A stretch of DNA of 53,231 nt, the filler included, from Squatina squatina (Eukaryota): NCBI GenBank assembly GCA_031763465.1. It is 3 parts of 3 records of this genome, joined end to end, with 100 filler letters (N's around TTAATTAATTAA, not from the genome) between each part and the next. Parts side by side here need not be neighbours in the genome. Positions count along the whole stretch, not along the records: positions 1 to 15,514 come from JARFOE010000168.1; 2 more parts are not named here. The stretch is one strand, 5' to 3'. Positions 1 through 12,043 of the stretch are shown here, one piece after another (the stretch's first letter is position 1; every line of letters starts with the position of its first letter). The notes beneath the pieces were generated by a model. That model saw nothing but the letters and a program-made list of their open reading frames with translations. It searched no databases and was not told where the DNA came from. Position numbers and translations under genes: made by a program.

Positions 1-207
1 CCCGGGGCCGGTCGGCGAGGGGTCAGCACACGTTGTGATGGTGTTGTGCGCCAGCCCTTGCGCCACCGGCGGCGGGCCATTTAGGCCGCCAGTGCGCGAG
101 GCCCAATTCTTGATTTTGCACATGTAGGCCCCAACGCTGATTTCACGCCCGCATTGCACCTCTATTCGGCGCAACGCGGGTGTGAGGTCAGACCAATTGG
201 AGGCCCC
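1..207 (-). mobile_element. PIF/Harbinger-type MITE end (partial)
   Basis: Reverse complement begins GGGGCCTCCAATTGGTCTGACCTCAC...GCGTTGCGCCGAATAG, nearly the same as the left end of the complete element at 43998. Confidence 0.75.
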
Positions 208-1172
208 AGATGTGTTCTGAACAAACCTATACAATTTTTAACCATTGCAGTTTTTGATATGTCGCTAAAATTGTGTCAATGTTGTCCAAGAGTTAACATG
301 ACAGAAAGCAGAGAGGAAAAGTGGGCAGATTAGGTGTATGCATTTTCTTTATTCATCTGGCAGTGTTTAGTTCTCTAGCCCTGAACTACATTCTTTATAA
401 GCCACAAAGAATACCTGTGGCCTTAATTCATTAATGAACAGTGATTTTTCTGCTTCCTTTCAACATGCCAATGTTTTTTTGTAAGGAACTGCCCTTTTTT
501 CAGGAAACCCTTTTAGGTCCACACCTTCCATTGCTGGTTCGAATCCACCTTATACAATAACAATGCCACACATATTGCCTCAGCTTGTATGCAGTGGCAC
601 CAATTCAACAATACAGCAGCAGGAGCCATCGACTGCAAGCATGTCCAGCGCACTGTTCTCAATGTAGCTAGCCAAGGCCTCAGATATTGCAGCAAAACAC
701 GATTCGTTCTCGCTCCAGAGTGATGGGGGAGTTACTGGGCTGCAAATCAATGGAGATCTCTCGTATCATCCTGAACTTCAGTTTGAGAATCAGCACAAAC
801 ACTGTCTGTGGAACTGCAGCCTCTCTCTCTCTCTATTCTATCTTGTACTGATATGGTTATTGAACTGGAAATAGTAAATTGCTGGCACATGCTGCTACAA
901 TCATGTTACTGAGGAGACAGTAGCATGGCAATCACAGTGACAGAAGTCAGCAGCAGGGGTAGGCTGAATGGTCCCCTTTTGTGCTGTGATTTCTATAATT
1001 GGAGTCATACCATGGTTATACCGGGGCTGAGATCCGGGTGGTTAGGATTAGGGATACGGATGCGATCTGGTGNNNNNNNNNNNNNNNNNNNNNNNNNNNN
1101 NNNNNNNNNNNNNNNNNNNNNNNNNNNNNNNNNNNNNNNNNNNNNNNNNNNNNNNNNNNNNNNNNNNNNNNN

Positions 1173-1385
1173 TTGCCTCTCATTCTTTCTTCCAAAATGC
1201 GTCGCTTCGCACTTCTGTGTTAAATTGCAACTGCCATGTGTCTGCTCATTTCACCAGTCTGTCTATATCCTCCTGGAGTTTGCTACTATCTTTCTGACTA
1301 TTTACTACATTTCCGAGTTTAGTGTCATCTGCAAACTTTGAAATTATGCCCTGTATATGCAAGTCGAAATCATTAATATATATCC
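1173..1385 (-). mobile_element. CR1 LINE ORF2 (RT) fragment
   Basis: Reverse complement reads YINDFDL...SKFADDTKLGNVVNS...WQLQFNTEKCEA..FGRK, a CR1 RT motif. Confidence 0.8.
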
Positions 1386-1431
1386 AAATTAATTGAACAT
1401 TGAATGTATAATAGTCCTAGCTTGGTAATTT

Positions 1432-1910
1432 CCTCACTGTGATATCTCCAGGTCATGTTTCAAGCCTGCCAATCTCCTTTCTGTTATATTCTAGTCATTG
1501 GCCCACTTTGCTAGTTTTCTCTCACTGTCATACCCCTTATCTCAATCTTTGTCTGTCAATTTATTCTCGCTGTGGTGATCTGTTCGCTTTGGTCCAATCT
1601 GTTTGTTTCTTCCCACTGTGATTTCTCCTATCCTCAGACCCCAATCTTACAGTCTCCTGTCACCGTCTCCTGTCCCATTCTCTGCCCTCGGTTGTCAGTC
1701 CTTTGTCATTGTGATGTCTCCTGCTCTCAACTTCAGTGTCCTGTTATATGATATCTCTTACTCTCAGCCTCAATCTCACCAGTATCTCTAACTCTCTGAT
1801 CAGGCTCTGAGTCTCCTGTCACTGAAATCTCCTGCTCTCAGCCCAAGACTGCCAGTCTCCTCTCACTGGTACATCCTACTCTATTGGCCACTCTCTTCTC
1901 ACTCTGATAA
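1432..1910. repeat. Degenerate minisatellite, unit about 44-46 bp
   Basis: Recurring TCACTGTGAT(A/T)TCTCCTGCTCTCAGCCCAATCT..CAGTCTCC motif at spacings of about 45 and 90 bp. Confidence 0.6.
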
Positions 1911-3169
1911 TCATTTCTATTTCCTTTTTAAGGTCTTCAAAAATCCAACCCAGTGGATCACATTTAATTTGACCCTCACTCAATTGTAAGCAGTTATTCA
2001 TTGTGATTCACTTTTAACAAGACGAGGAAATGAGGTAAGAATTGCTTAAACTAGCCTACAATGAACATGTTGCGGCAAATGGCAGTATTGTTGGTGATGC
2101 AGTTGTCATTGGAAACAACCTGGAAGATTCCAGACTATCTGATCAATCACCAAATACAGCACAGAACTCCAAAGAAATCGCAAATGTTTCTCTGTAAAAA
2201 CTAAAACTTACTGTGAAATAAGCTGTCCCAAAGATAGTGCAAGTCAGTTGAGGGGTAACTGACAAGAATATTGGCTGAGATCAAAATAGAAAAGGTGGGG
2301 AATTATAGCAAGAGGGATAAAACAATATTATTTAGGTCTGTATGATGCAGCTGGAGAATTAAAGGTCNNNNNNNNNNNNNNNNNNNNNNNNNNNNNNNNN
2401 NNNNNNNNNNNNNNNNNNNNNNNNNNNNNNNNNNNNNNNNNNNNNNNNNNNNNNNNNNNNNNNNNNNAGTTATATTCTGGGGTTTGTGATGAATGGCCTT
2501 TGACAATCACAACCACCTTCCTTTGTTTCAGGTGTAACTCCAGGTATTGTCTTTTGTTTTGCTAACCACATAGGATATTTGTAATTGAATGGAATAGCTC
2601 GGTCCGTTGATCAGTTCCAAACACATGGAATGACCTGCAAGACAAGTCCCCATTCAAGGACAATCGAAGCAATCAACCTACATATATCAAAGCCTTTTCC
2701 TGAGACGTGTACATCAGCCAGGTGATAAATATTCTCTATAGTTTGAAAAATGAAATAATAGTACATGGCCTTAACTATGTGTGCATTGTTTACCAGCAGG
2801 AAATAAACCAATAAATAATCCATCATATAGAAAATGCTTCTGAAATATGCTTCATTTTGTCAGTCATTGTCATCATCCTTCTCGGTTATGCCTTTGCCAT
2901 TGTGTTCTTCTTGCTTCTTTTATCTCTCTTTGCAAACATTTCAAAAGCAATCCTTTATAATTATCTTGGTAGTAGCATGAGTCTTTTTATATCTTAGCTC
3001 AGCTTCTTTCCAGTGGACTTATTAAGAGGGCTAATAACCATGGCAGTGGATGATAGTTTTGGTATCCCAGGGACTATCCTTCCACTCTTTCTTTCTCTTA
3101 AATTAGTAAGGCATAGATGAACTATGAAATTAAATTATCATGGAATATAAAATAAAATAGTAAAATATT

Positions 3170-3550
3170 CTACAGACACATAAATTTAAAAAGAAAGGAA
3201 AGTCGGGATGGGAATAGGACCACTAAAGGATGGAGAGGATAAACTCACAGGCAGCGATAGCAAAATGGCAGAGATATTAAATAATTATTTGCTTCAGTAT
3301 TTACTAGGGAGATGGATCAGGAGGGCATGACACTGGAAGATGAGATTAGAAATTATATAACTGCATTTAAAATAAAAAGAGAAGTATTAAATAAACTAAT
3401 CAAACTCAGAGAATAAAACCCCTCGTCCGGATGGATTGCATCCATGCATTTTAAACAAATCTAAAGAGATACCAGAGGCACTACTACACATATTTAATTA
3501 TTCGTTACGAAAAGATGTAGTGTCAGAGGACTAGCGGATAGCTAACATAA
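3170..3550 (+). mobile_element. CR1 LINE ORF2 fragment
   Basis: Degenerate IGPLKD...EMAEILNNYFASVFT...PDGLHP..L...EDWRIAN motifs. Confidence 0.8.
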
Positions 3551-4446
3551 GAAGTAGAATCAGGAGTAGGCCATTCGGTGCCTCGAGACTGCTCCNNNNN
3601 NNNNNNNNNNNNNNNNNNNNNNNNNNNNNNNNNNNNNNNNNNNNNNNNNNNNNNNNNNNNNNNNNNNNNNNNNNNNNNNNNNNNNNNNNNNNNNNGCTGA
3701 AGTAGTTTAACAATGAGAAGTATTTCTTGAACAGAAACGGCTAAGCAAAAATTAGATTTTTTTTTTCCTTTGCATTAGTAATGTAAAATTATGTTTAAAA
3801 GGTTTGAATATTTGTTGTAGGCTACCAAAAGAAATAATGCAGCAAGATCTTCCAGGCACAACTATATTGTGGCTGCATGTCCCTCCAAAAAGTGTCTCCG
3901 CTGATTAACATATGGTGCAGTTTAGGCAGGGCCATCATACCCGTAGCTACTGGCTTTCGGTGCTTGAGAATGGTTATTTCTTCAGTTACCTTGGGTAGTA
4001 GCATTGAGCATTAACTTAAATCAGTTAAAGGATGTTGCTTTCTGCAGGAAAATCAATCTCTCAAGTTCGCTCACTAAAATTATTATTCCTGGGGATGCAA
4101 ACCCTGTACCATTTCCTTTTTTCACCTTCCACTCACAAAATTGCAGTTGTTCCAAAAGATGTACCACATTTTCTAGTGTTGAGTCTGAGGGAGGGCATGT
4201 TTGGACTGTTTCAAGTTGGTAGCTGCAGTTTGGGTTTCAGCAAAGGTACACTGTCTGGCTAAAACCTCCCAAGGAGAGAGATGTGCTCATGTATGCTTAC
4301 ATGTATGGGTAAAACTCCCCCTGCAGCAGCATTTCCCTTCTCTGAATGTTTAAATGAATTACAGATAGGTTTAAAATGTGAACCAGAGGTCCACAGTGTC
4401 CCTTGGACAGCTTACGTCTAGTGTGACTGTGCTGAACTTGCACGCC

Positions 4447-4540
4447 ATGTGCTGCCTGAGACTGGCCCCTCAGATGCACTCTGCTTCACTCTGGATTCAG
4501 GTCCTTATTGCAACTGCTTTGCTCTGCTACCAGAATTGTG
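4447..4540 (+). CDS. Candidate first coding exon of the RhoGDI gene (MCCLRLAPQMHSASLWIQVLIATALLCYQNC)
   Basis: GCCATG Kozak context; 31 codons + 1 nt then weak donor G|GTGGAA; phase 1 fits the acceptor at 5615, giving ...NC-DIMADK. Confidence 0.35.
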
Positions 4541-4654
4541 GTGGAAATTAAATCTGAGTAAACTCTGGGGGACCATTAGACTTATTTGTATTTGTCAAGA
4601 GAGAGATCCGCTCTGTTGCTTTATGAATTTCAATTCTGTGTTTTTTTCAAACAT

Positions 4655-5408
4655 GCTCTGATTGGCGGGATGTGACAAGTGCTGCTCCCCAAGGGTCTGT
4701 ACTGGGACCTCAGCTTTTCACCATAATTATCAATGAAGGAATAGAGAAGTTTGCAGATGACACGGAGTTGGAAGGCATAGCAAGTAGTGCAGATGGGAGC
4801 AAGAAATTAGAAAAGGACATTGATAAATTAAGTGAATGAGCAAAACTGTGGCAAATGGAGTTCAACCTGGGTGAAGTATGTGGTCATCTACTCTGAATCC
4901 GAGAGAGATAAATCAGAGTATTTTCGAAATAGTGAGAAACTAGGAACTACGGAAGAGCAAAGAGATTTGGGTGTCCATGTGCACAAGTCACTGAAAGCTA
5001 GTGGCCAGATACAAAAAGCAATCAAAAATGCTAATAGAATGTTGGCCTTTATCACAAGGGGGCTGGAATACAAAGGAGAAGAAATGGAGTACTGTGTTCA
5101 GTTTTGGCTACGGCATCTCAGGAAAAATATATCGGCCTTGGAGAAGGTGCAGTGCTAATTCACCAGAATAATGCCGGGGCTAAAAGGATTAAATTATGAG
5201 GACTGGTTGCAAAAACTTGGCTTGCATTCCCTTGGCTATAGAAGTTGAGATGTTTAAAATGATAAAGGAATGTAGATAAAGAGATACAAAATTGGCTAAG
5301 TGATAGGAAACAGAGAGTAGTGGTGAATGATTGCTTTTCAGACTGAAGGAAGGTGTACAGTGAAATTTAACACAGAAGAGTGTGGAGTGATACATTTTGG
5401 CAGAAAGA
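4655..5408 (+). mobile_element. CR1 LINE ORF2 (RT) fragments
   Basis: PQGSVLGPQLF, KFADDTELEG, EEQRDLGVHVHKSLK...ANRMLAFITRGLEYK, EYCVQFW motifs with stops and frameshifts. Confidence 0.9.
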
Positions 5409-5614
5409 NNNNNNNNNNNNNNNNNNNNNNNNNNNNNNNNNNNNNNNNNNNNNNNNNNNNNNNNNNNNNNNNNNNNNNNNNNNNNNNNNNNNNNNNNNNN
5501 NNNNNNNNATGTAATTGGAATCTTTGATTCCATTCATCAAGAGGGATGTTCAGAAACAACTATTGCAGTGAACGGTAACTAACGCAATAAATCTGTGCAC
5601 TTGTTTTTTCTCAG

Positions 5615-5791
5615 ACATTATGGCAGACAAGGATCCAGAAGTGTACCCTGAGGAAGAGAATGCCTTAGTTGACTCAAACTACAAAGCACCAGCACAGAAG
5701 ACACTCAAAGAAATTCAGGAGATGGACAATAATGATGAGAGTTTGAAAAAATACAAACAGGCTCTTCTTGGCTCTGTGCCTAAGGACATAG
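5615..5791 (+). CDS. ARHGDIG: Rho GDP-dissociation inhibitor (gamma-like), regulatory-arm exon
   Basis: tttctcag| (D)IMADKDPEVYPEEENALVDSNYKAPAQKTLKEIQEMDNNDESLKKYKQALLGSVPKDI |gttagt; ATG at 5620; gamma paralog inferred from MADK and the downstream PDIA2-like gene. Confidence 0.88.
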
Positions 5792-6234
5792 GTTAGTATT
5801 TAGTTGATGTAGTAAGTTGTGTAACAGTTGAAGGAATGGTAGTCCAATTTCCTGCCTACAAACAGCCTTAAAGTCATGATTTAAATCCTTTTCAAATCTT
5901 TTATTCATAATTTCTTTTAATACTAAATGCACCACTATGCAAATAGCATGCCAGAATAACTTGTCTCCCATGCATTAGCGAAAGTGAAGTGCGGCATGTG
6001 TCCATGGCAAATGAAGGAAATTNNNNNNNNNNNNNNNNNNNNNNNNNNNNNNNNNNNNNNNNNNNNNNNNNNNNNNNNNNNNNNNNNNNNNNNNNNNNNN
6101 NNNNNNNNNNNNNNNNNNNNNNGCAACATATCCTCTGACCCGCTGAGTGTTTCTAGCCTTTTCTGGTTTTGTTTTACATTTCCAGCGTCTGCACTATTTT
6201 GACTTTTACAAGGACCAAAGGAGCCATGACAATA

Positions 6235-6372
6235 AACATAGAAAATAGGAGCAGGAGTAGGCCATTCGGCCCTTCGGGCCTGCTCCATCATTCAATATGA
6301 TCATGCCTGATCATCTAATTCAGTACCCTGTTCCTGCTTTCTCCCCATATCCCTTGATCCCTTTAGCATTAA
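6235..6372 (-). mobile_element. CR1 LINE 3' end
   Basis: AACATAGAAAATAGGAGCAGGAGTAGGCCATTCGGCCCTTCG is the reverse complement of the CR1 3' stem-loop and tail. Confidence 0.8.
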
Positions 6373-9363
6373 GTTAGTAGTTTGGGGAAAGCAGATATAC
6401 TGTGGGAGCATCTGTGAGCGGGGTGGGGTGGTTGGGAAGTGGAAGCATTGTGGGACTTGTGATCATTTCAAAGGCACTGAAATGATGTTTGAGATGGAAG
6501 GACGTTTTGTTAGAGATATGCTTGGAGACAGTGAAGTAAGTGATGGTGCGTTTGACTGGTTTCTGGAAAATTTGAAACGATCAGGATTTTAGTGTGATGG
6601 AGCTTTTGCATGTTTGATGGGCACATCTCAAAACCTTTATGCATGTCTCATCAGATATTTTTGTCTATTTTGCTGAAACCACAACACATTACAAAATATT
6701 TCTATTGCTTTTTTCTGAACTGTCCCGTTGCTCTTTCAAAGTGAGAGATGTGATAATGGGAAGTGGATATTCCAGTTGTCATATTGAGCACGTTCAAATA
6801 ATTGTAGGGTGAGTTACCAACAGGAAGAACCCAGCCAGCTCTATCTAAATCTCAGTCCCAAACAAGTTTACCAGCAAGACATTTCTGCTTAATATACTTA
6901 AATAATTGCTAATGGCTATTATAATTACCCATTTGGAGCTACGTTTAATAGGTCATGTTTCTGATGTTTATATTCATGAAGAAATGGGACAAAAAAATGG
7001 ACAAGTTTATTCCTCTAAGCCAGCTGATCGGGTGATAGAGAAACATTCTGATCTGGATTCAGACCCAGGTCCCAGAGGTGGAGGAGCGATGCTGTGATCC
7101 GCTGTGTCACCCAGGGCCTCCCACTTAAACACTGAGTGGACGTGGGACATACTCTGTAGTTTTAGTGATCACTTTAGGAGATATGTCATCCTTTAAAAGG
7201 AGTTTGGTGATATCGAGGGAGAAACCTGCATTTAATCACTGCGCAAAAATGAAAAGCTGCCATGGTGCAGTTCAGAGAATTGATTGTTGGTAATAAAAAT
7301 ACTTCTCCCTGCACTCAAACCTAACCAATTCAGAGTAATTGTTTTTATTATACTAACTGAATATGTAACTGTCTTAATATTTAGCCTGCTCAATGTCGAG
7401 CTCAGCCAAATCAAGCATTCAGGTTTTATTTTGGCTTTTGTCAAGCCCTCTTTAACTGAATATAATGTCAGCAATGGGAAGTGCTACACAATAATATGGA
7501 TCAAGCTTTAAACTACCTCTTAACTAAATAGGACATCTCTTCTACCTTTCTATCCATTCACAAGACTATCTTGTTAATGCTACCTGGAGTATTGCAAGTG
7601 TGTGTTTGTCAGTTGCTCACACGGGATTTTGCCAGTGCTTAGAGAGCAGGGTTTGGAGGCGGGTCCGTTGTCAAAATCTAAAAGGTTGACAGTGGGATGC
7701 TATTGCACTCTGAACCTGCCTCCTTGTAAGTTTCCCAAGTGCCGGCTCTGCCTGCGCTTTGCAGACCCAGCACTAAGCGACGGGCCAGGCAATTGAAATA
7801 CTTCAGAAGCTGTTTAAAGGTATAAAGTAGCATTTTACCAGCTACTAACCATTTTTCCAACTTTTTAATGGCTTTCACATCGCTCAGGGATCACCTCAGA
7901 TAAGTGTGTCGGGTTTGCAACAACTCTCCATTGTTTTGAATAGGTGACAGCGGAAAAAGTGGTACAAAATCTAACATTTCACAGCTGTTCACTTTCCAGT
8001 GTTAGAAGCTGGAACCTTCAGGATTTGGAATTCATTTTTAGCTTCAGGAAGGTTGGAAGTGTGCGAAGTAAACTCTCTATCCACTGTCATCTTCTTGGAG
8101 CAACCTCTCTCCCTATTAACAGATCACTTCTGTCATCTCAACTTCAGCTATCATCTATTCCATCAGCATCGGNNNNNNNNNNNNNNNNNNNNNNNNNNNN
8201 NNNNNNNNNNNNNNNNNNNNNNNNNNNNNNNNNNNNNNNNNNNNNNNNNNNNNNNNNNNNNNNNNNNNNNNNACTTTAGCTGGTGGGAAACCCACCCACC
8301 TACACTTAAATTTGTTGTGGTGGATCACACAACATTATAATATTTAACTGGGTGACCCACCTCCTGGTAGCAGGTTGGCTGCCCCTCCCTCATCCCACCT
8401 TCGTTAAACCCGGAAGTGGGCAGGTTGGAACTCTTTAACCTCCCACCAGACTCCAATCCCACCTGTTTTTTGGGGGTTAAAATTCCCCCCACTGATTCAC
8501 TATCACCTGTTTTGTCTTATTGCTGAAGTCCAATTTCACCTCAAATGATTCTGACATTACTATTTGTATCAGGACATTCTTTCAACAGTAGATGTTTTCT
8601 ATAAATCTAATTTTGGCATTTAATGCATTTAACAAATTCATTTGCCTGCAAGTCTAATCATTGACTTTCCTCCCTCGCTAGTTAATAATGGTGTTTTATG
8701 ATTGTACTATTTAGCATTCCTCCATATATTGTATAATACAAATGTTGGTTTTTGATGATCAGTTGCATTAGAACAGCGTTCCTAACTTTTTGACAAAGGC
8801 CACAATCCCAGGTGTATACCTTGCTTGATGGCCATACACTGAATGCTGCAATACCCTGCACCAGAGGTTTCCAAAACACTTTAGTGCAAATATTTATACG
8901 CTCCAAGGGAGCTTGGATAGAGGCCTGGATTTGTGCCGATGATTATCCTGCTCACTAAGCTCCTGATTTCAGTCATATCACTCTGGGCAATTGCAAATGG
9001 AGGCCAAATACTTTGCCACAGGAAGAGATGAGAAAAGCAAAGAACAAATAGTTTTATTTTAATTGCATCCTTGCACTTGCCGTACGGAAGCTTGGCTAGC
9101 CTTGTCTACTAATAGAATTGCCTTTTCAGTTTGCTCAGCATCCCACAAGCAGGCAGGATGTGACTGGAGGCCAAGAGGTACAAGGAGCTGCAAATCTGCT
9201 GAGAATTGAAAGGGAGATGTCCTGGTATCGAGGCCCTGCCATATTATGAGTACCACTGTATAAGTGTAATGAGCTTAAGATATGGCTGTAAAGTGTAATC
9301 AGTTTTCATACATTGGTAATGCTGAAACTTATGATTTAAATAGCTTATTGATTTCTCTTTTAG

Positions 9364-9427
9364 GTTAACAGGGAAATTGTTTCAGGCTTAAAGTATGTCC
9401 ATTATACATGCAAAGGACGTTTGCAGG
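9364..9427 (+). CDS. ARHGDIG: RhoGDI internal exon (VNREIVSGLKYVHYTCKGRLQ)
   Basis: ttttag| 64-nt exon |gtgagt; VNREIVSG.KY RhoGDI motif; phase compatible with the exon at 10914. Confidence 0.9.
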
Positions 9428-10913
9428 GTGAGTTGCATAACATGGTATAATATGCAGTATGATATGGTATAATATGCATTATAATATCCTAATTTATATG
9501 TCAAATCTGTAAAGTCATNNNNNNNNNNNNNNNNNNNNNNNNNNNNNNNNNNNNNNNNNNNNNNNNNNNNNNNNNNNNNNNNNNNNNNNNNNNNNNNNNN
9601 NNNNNNNNNNNNNNNNNNNNNNNNNNNNNNNNNNNNNNNNNNNNNNNNNNNNNNNNNNNNNNNNNNNNNNNNNNNNNNNNNNNNNNNNNNNNNNNNNNNN
9701 NNNNNNNNNNNNNNNNNNNNNNNNNNNNNNNNNNNNNNNNNNNNNNNNNNNNNNNNNNNNNNNNNNNNNNNNNNNNNNNNNNNNNNNNNNNNNNNNNNNN
9801 NNNNNNNNNNNNNNNNNNNNNNNNNNNNNNNNNNNNNNNNNNNNNNNNNNNNNNNNNNNNNNNNNNNNNNNNNNNNNNNNNNNNNNNNNNNNNNNNNNNN
9901 NNNNNNNNNNNNNNNNNNNNNNNNNNNNNNNNNNNNNNNNNNNNNNNNNNNNNNNNNNNNNNNNNNNNNNNNNNNNNNNNNNNNNNNNNNNNNNNNNNNN
10001 NNNNNNNNNNNNNNNNNNNNNNNNNNNNNNNNNNNNNNNNNNNNNNNNNNNNNNNNNNNNNNNNNNNNNNNNNNNNNNNNNNNNNNNNNNNNNNNNNNNN
10101 NNNNNNNNNNNNNNNNNNNNNNNNNNNNNNNNNNNNNNNNNNNNNNNNNNNNNNNNNNNNNNNNNNNNNNNNNNNNNNNNNNNNNNNNNNNNNNNNNNNN
10201 NNNNNNNNNNNNNNNNNNNNNNNNNNNNNNNNNNNNNNNNNNNNNNNNNNNNNNNNNNNNNNNNNNNNNNNNNNNNNNNNNNNNNNNNNNNNNNNNNNNN
10301 NNNNNNNNNNNNNNNNNNNNNNNNNNNNNNNNNNNNNNNNNNNNNNNNNNNNNNNNNNNNNNNNNNNNNNNNNNNNNNNNNNNNNNNNNNNNCACCATGC
10401 TGCCTGATTTTTGCCTTACTTGAAGCAAATAGCATGTTTTTACAAGGACTGATGTGAGCAATATACTTTTTCCCCCAAAAAACTCAGACGCCACAATGAT
10501 GGGCCTCTTGATAGGTAGTTTCCATTTCTAATGGGTACTTTTTTTTTGCTGCTAACAATGCTGAGACAAGTGCTTATTCTTCACTTGATGCTATTTTTCT
10601 TTGGCAGTAACCCTACTGGAGCAAATTTGCATGCATTTAAAATTCTAGCTTTTGCAAGTGAAGTGAAAGTAACGACATTACATAAAGTAAATTGAAAATT
10701 ATGTTCCCAGAAGCATAAGCCACACAGTCAGCCTATGACCTTATTGTGTCTATCCTGTACCATTGCCAGTCAAATCTGTTTTGGGTCCGGTAGTTAAAGC
10801 TGCATGTTCAGATGGTGGCTGTGATTGAGGAATTGTTTCACTTGAATAGTTTGACAATCTGACATGTTTTTCTTTCTAAATCCTAATTTATACTCGTTCT
10901 TTATTCCAAACAG

Positions 10914-11113
10914 CGAGTAAGGATGCCTATATGGTTGGCAGCTACGGGCCTAGGACAGATGAGTACGAGTTTGTAAGCCCAATTGAAGAAGCACCGAAAG
11001 GAATGATGGTGAGGGGCATGTACACCATAAAGTCCCACTTCACAGATGATGACAAAAGTGATCACCTGCACTGGGAGTGGAAGTTGAATATAAAGAAAGA
11101 TTGGCAGGACTAG
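10914..11113 (+). CDS. ARHGDIG: RhoGDI last coding exon
   Basis: aacag| (A)[65 protein letters not shown]; typical RhoGDI Ig-like C-terminus. Confidence 0.93.
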
Positions 11114-11569
11114 GACCTGGCTTGCTTTTAAATGAGATAGAAACCAGTAGTCAGAAAGATTACTGTCCTTTGGTACCAAAGTTACTTTAAGGCTTTTTAT
11201 TACCGTTACTAATTGTGTACATCATTAAATGTGCAAAAGTAACTATTTGTCTGCAGAACCTGTTGCTTTTAGTACAAGTGCTTTAGGTAGTTATGTGTGT
11301 TCTGGTGTTTTTATTGATGATATGGAGATCAATATCAAAACACTGACTATTCAAAAAAAAAATGGCTACATGTAAACATGGATATGAGAAAGATTAGGTT
11401 GTTTTGAATGGCTAAAAATATACGATGTCATAGCATTCATAATGTGAATAGAAACCAAATGAATAATGCATTCAGTAGAACAGTGAATATGTTGCTAAGC
11501 TTTGCATTCAGTCACATGTTCTATAATGTATTCTGCTTCTTCATAAAATGTTAGCAGATGTAAAGCTGA

Positions 11570-11575
11570 AATAAA
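11570..11575 (+). terminator. Candidate polyadenylation signal of the RhoGDI gene
   Basis: AATAAA about 460 nt after the stop codon in an AT-rich 3' region. Confidence 0.35.
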
Positions 11576-11836
11576 AACACCAAATGCTGCAAGTGCACAG
11601 CAAGTTAATTGGCAACTAAAAAAAGGAAGACATGTTAATATTTCAGATATAACACTTCATCAGAACCTCAGATATACTGCCCTGAATTCTCTCTTTTTCT
11701 GGATNNNNNNNNNNNNNNNNNNNNNNNNNNNNNNNNNNNNNNNNNNNNNNNNNNNNNNNNNNNNNNNNNNNNNNNNNNNNNNNNNNNNNNNNNNNNNNNN
11801 NNNNAAGGTCGATGTTTCTGTATCTTCTTCTCAAAG

Positions 11837-12043
11837 ATGCCCCTTGGGGTGGCCATTGTCAGAGTTTGGCACCGGAGTACGCTACTGCTGCAGGACAGCT
11901 GAGGAATGAATCTTCAGAATTCAAACTGGCCAAGGTTGATGTCATAGAAGAGAAGGAGCTTGGTTCAGAATTTGGGATCCAGAGCTATCCAACAATAAAG
12001 CTTTTTAAGGAGAATGACAGAAAATTTCCTATTGACTACACAG
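11837..12043 (+). CDS. PDIA2: Protein disulfide isomerase a-domain exon, PDIA2-like (active site reads WGGHC)
   Basis: tcaaag| 207-nt exon (Y)APWGGHCQSLAPEYATAAGQLRNESSEFKLAKVD...SYPTIKLFKENDRKFPIDYT |gtaata; ARHGDIG-PDIA2 adjacency is known in human. Confidence 0.75.

Noticed and set aside
1933-2034. Exon-like segment with a good acceptor and GTAAGA donor
   Set aside because: Stops in all three frames and no recognisable homology
9388-10494. Long ORFs spanning N runs (also 26057-27250 minus, 48818-49507)
   Set aside because: Length comes from Ns or from the antisense shadow of the KANSL exon
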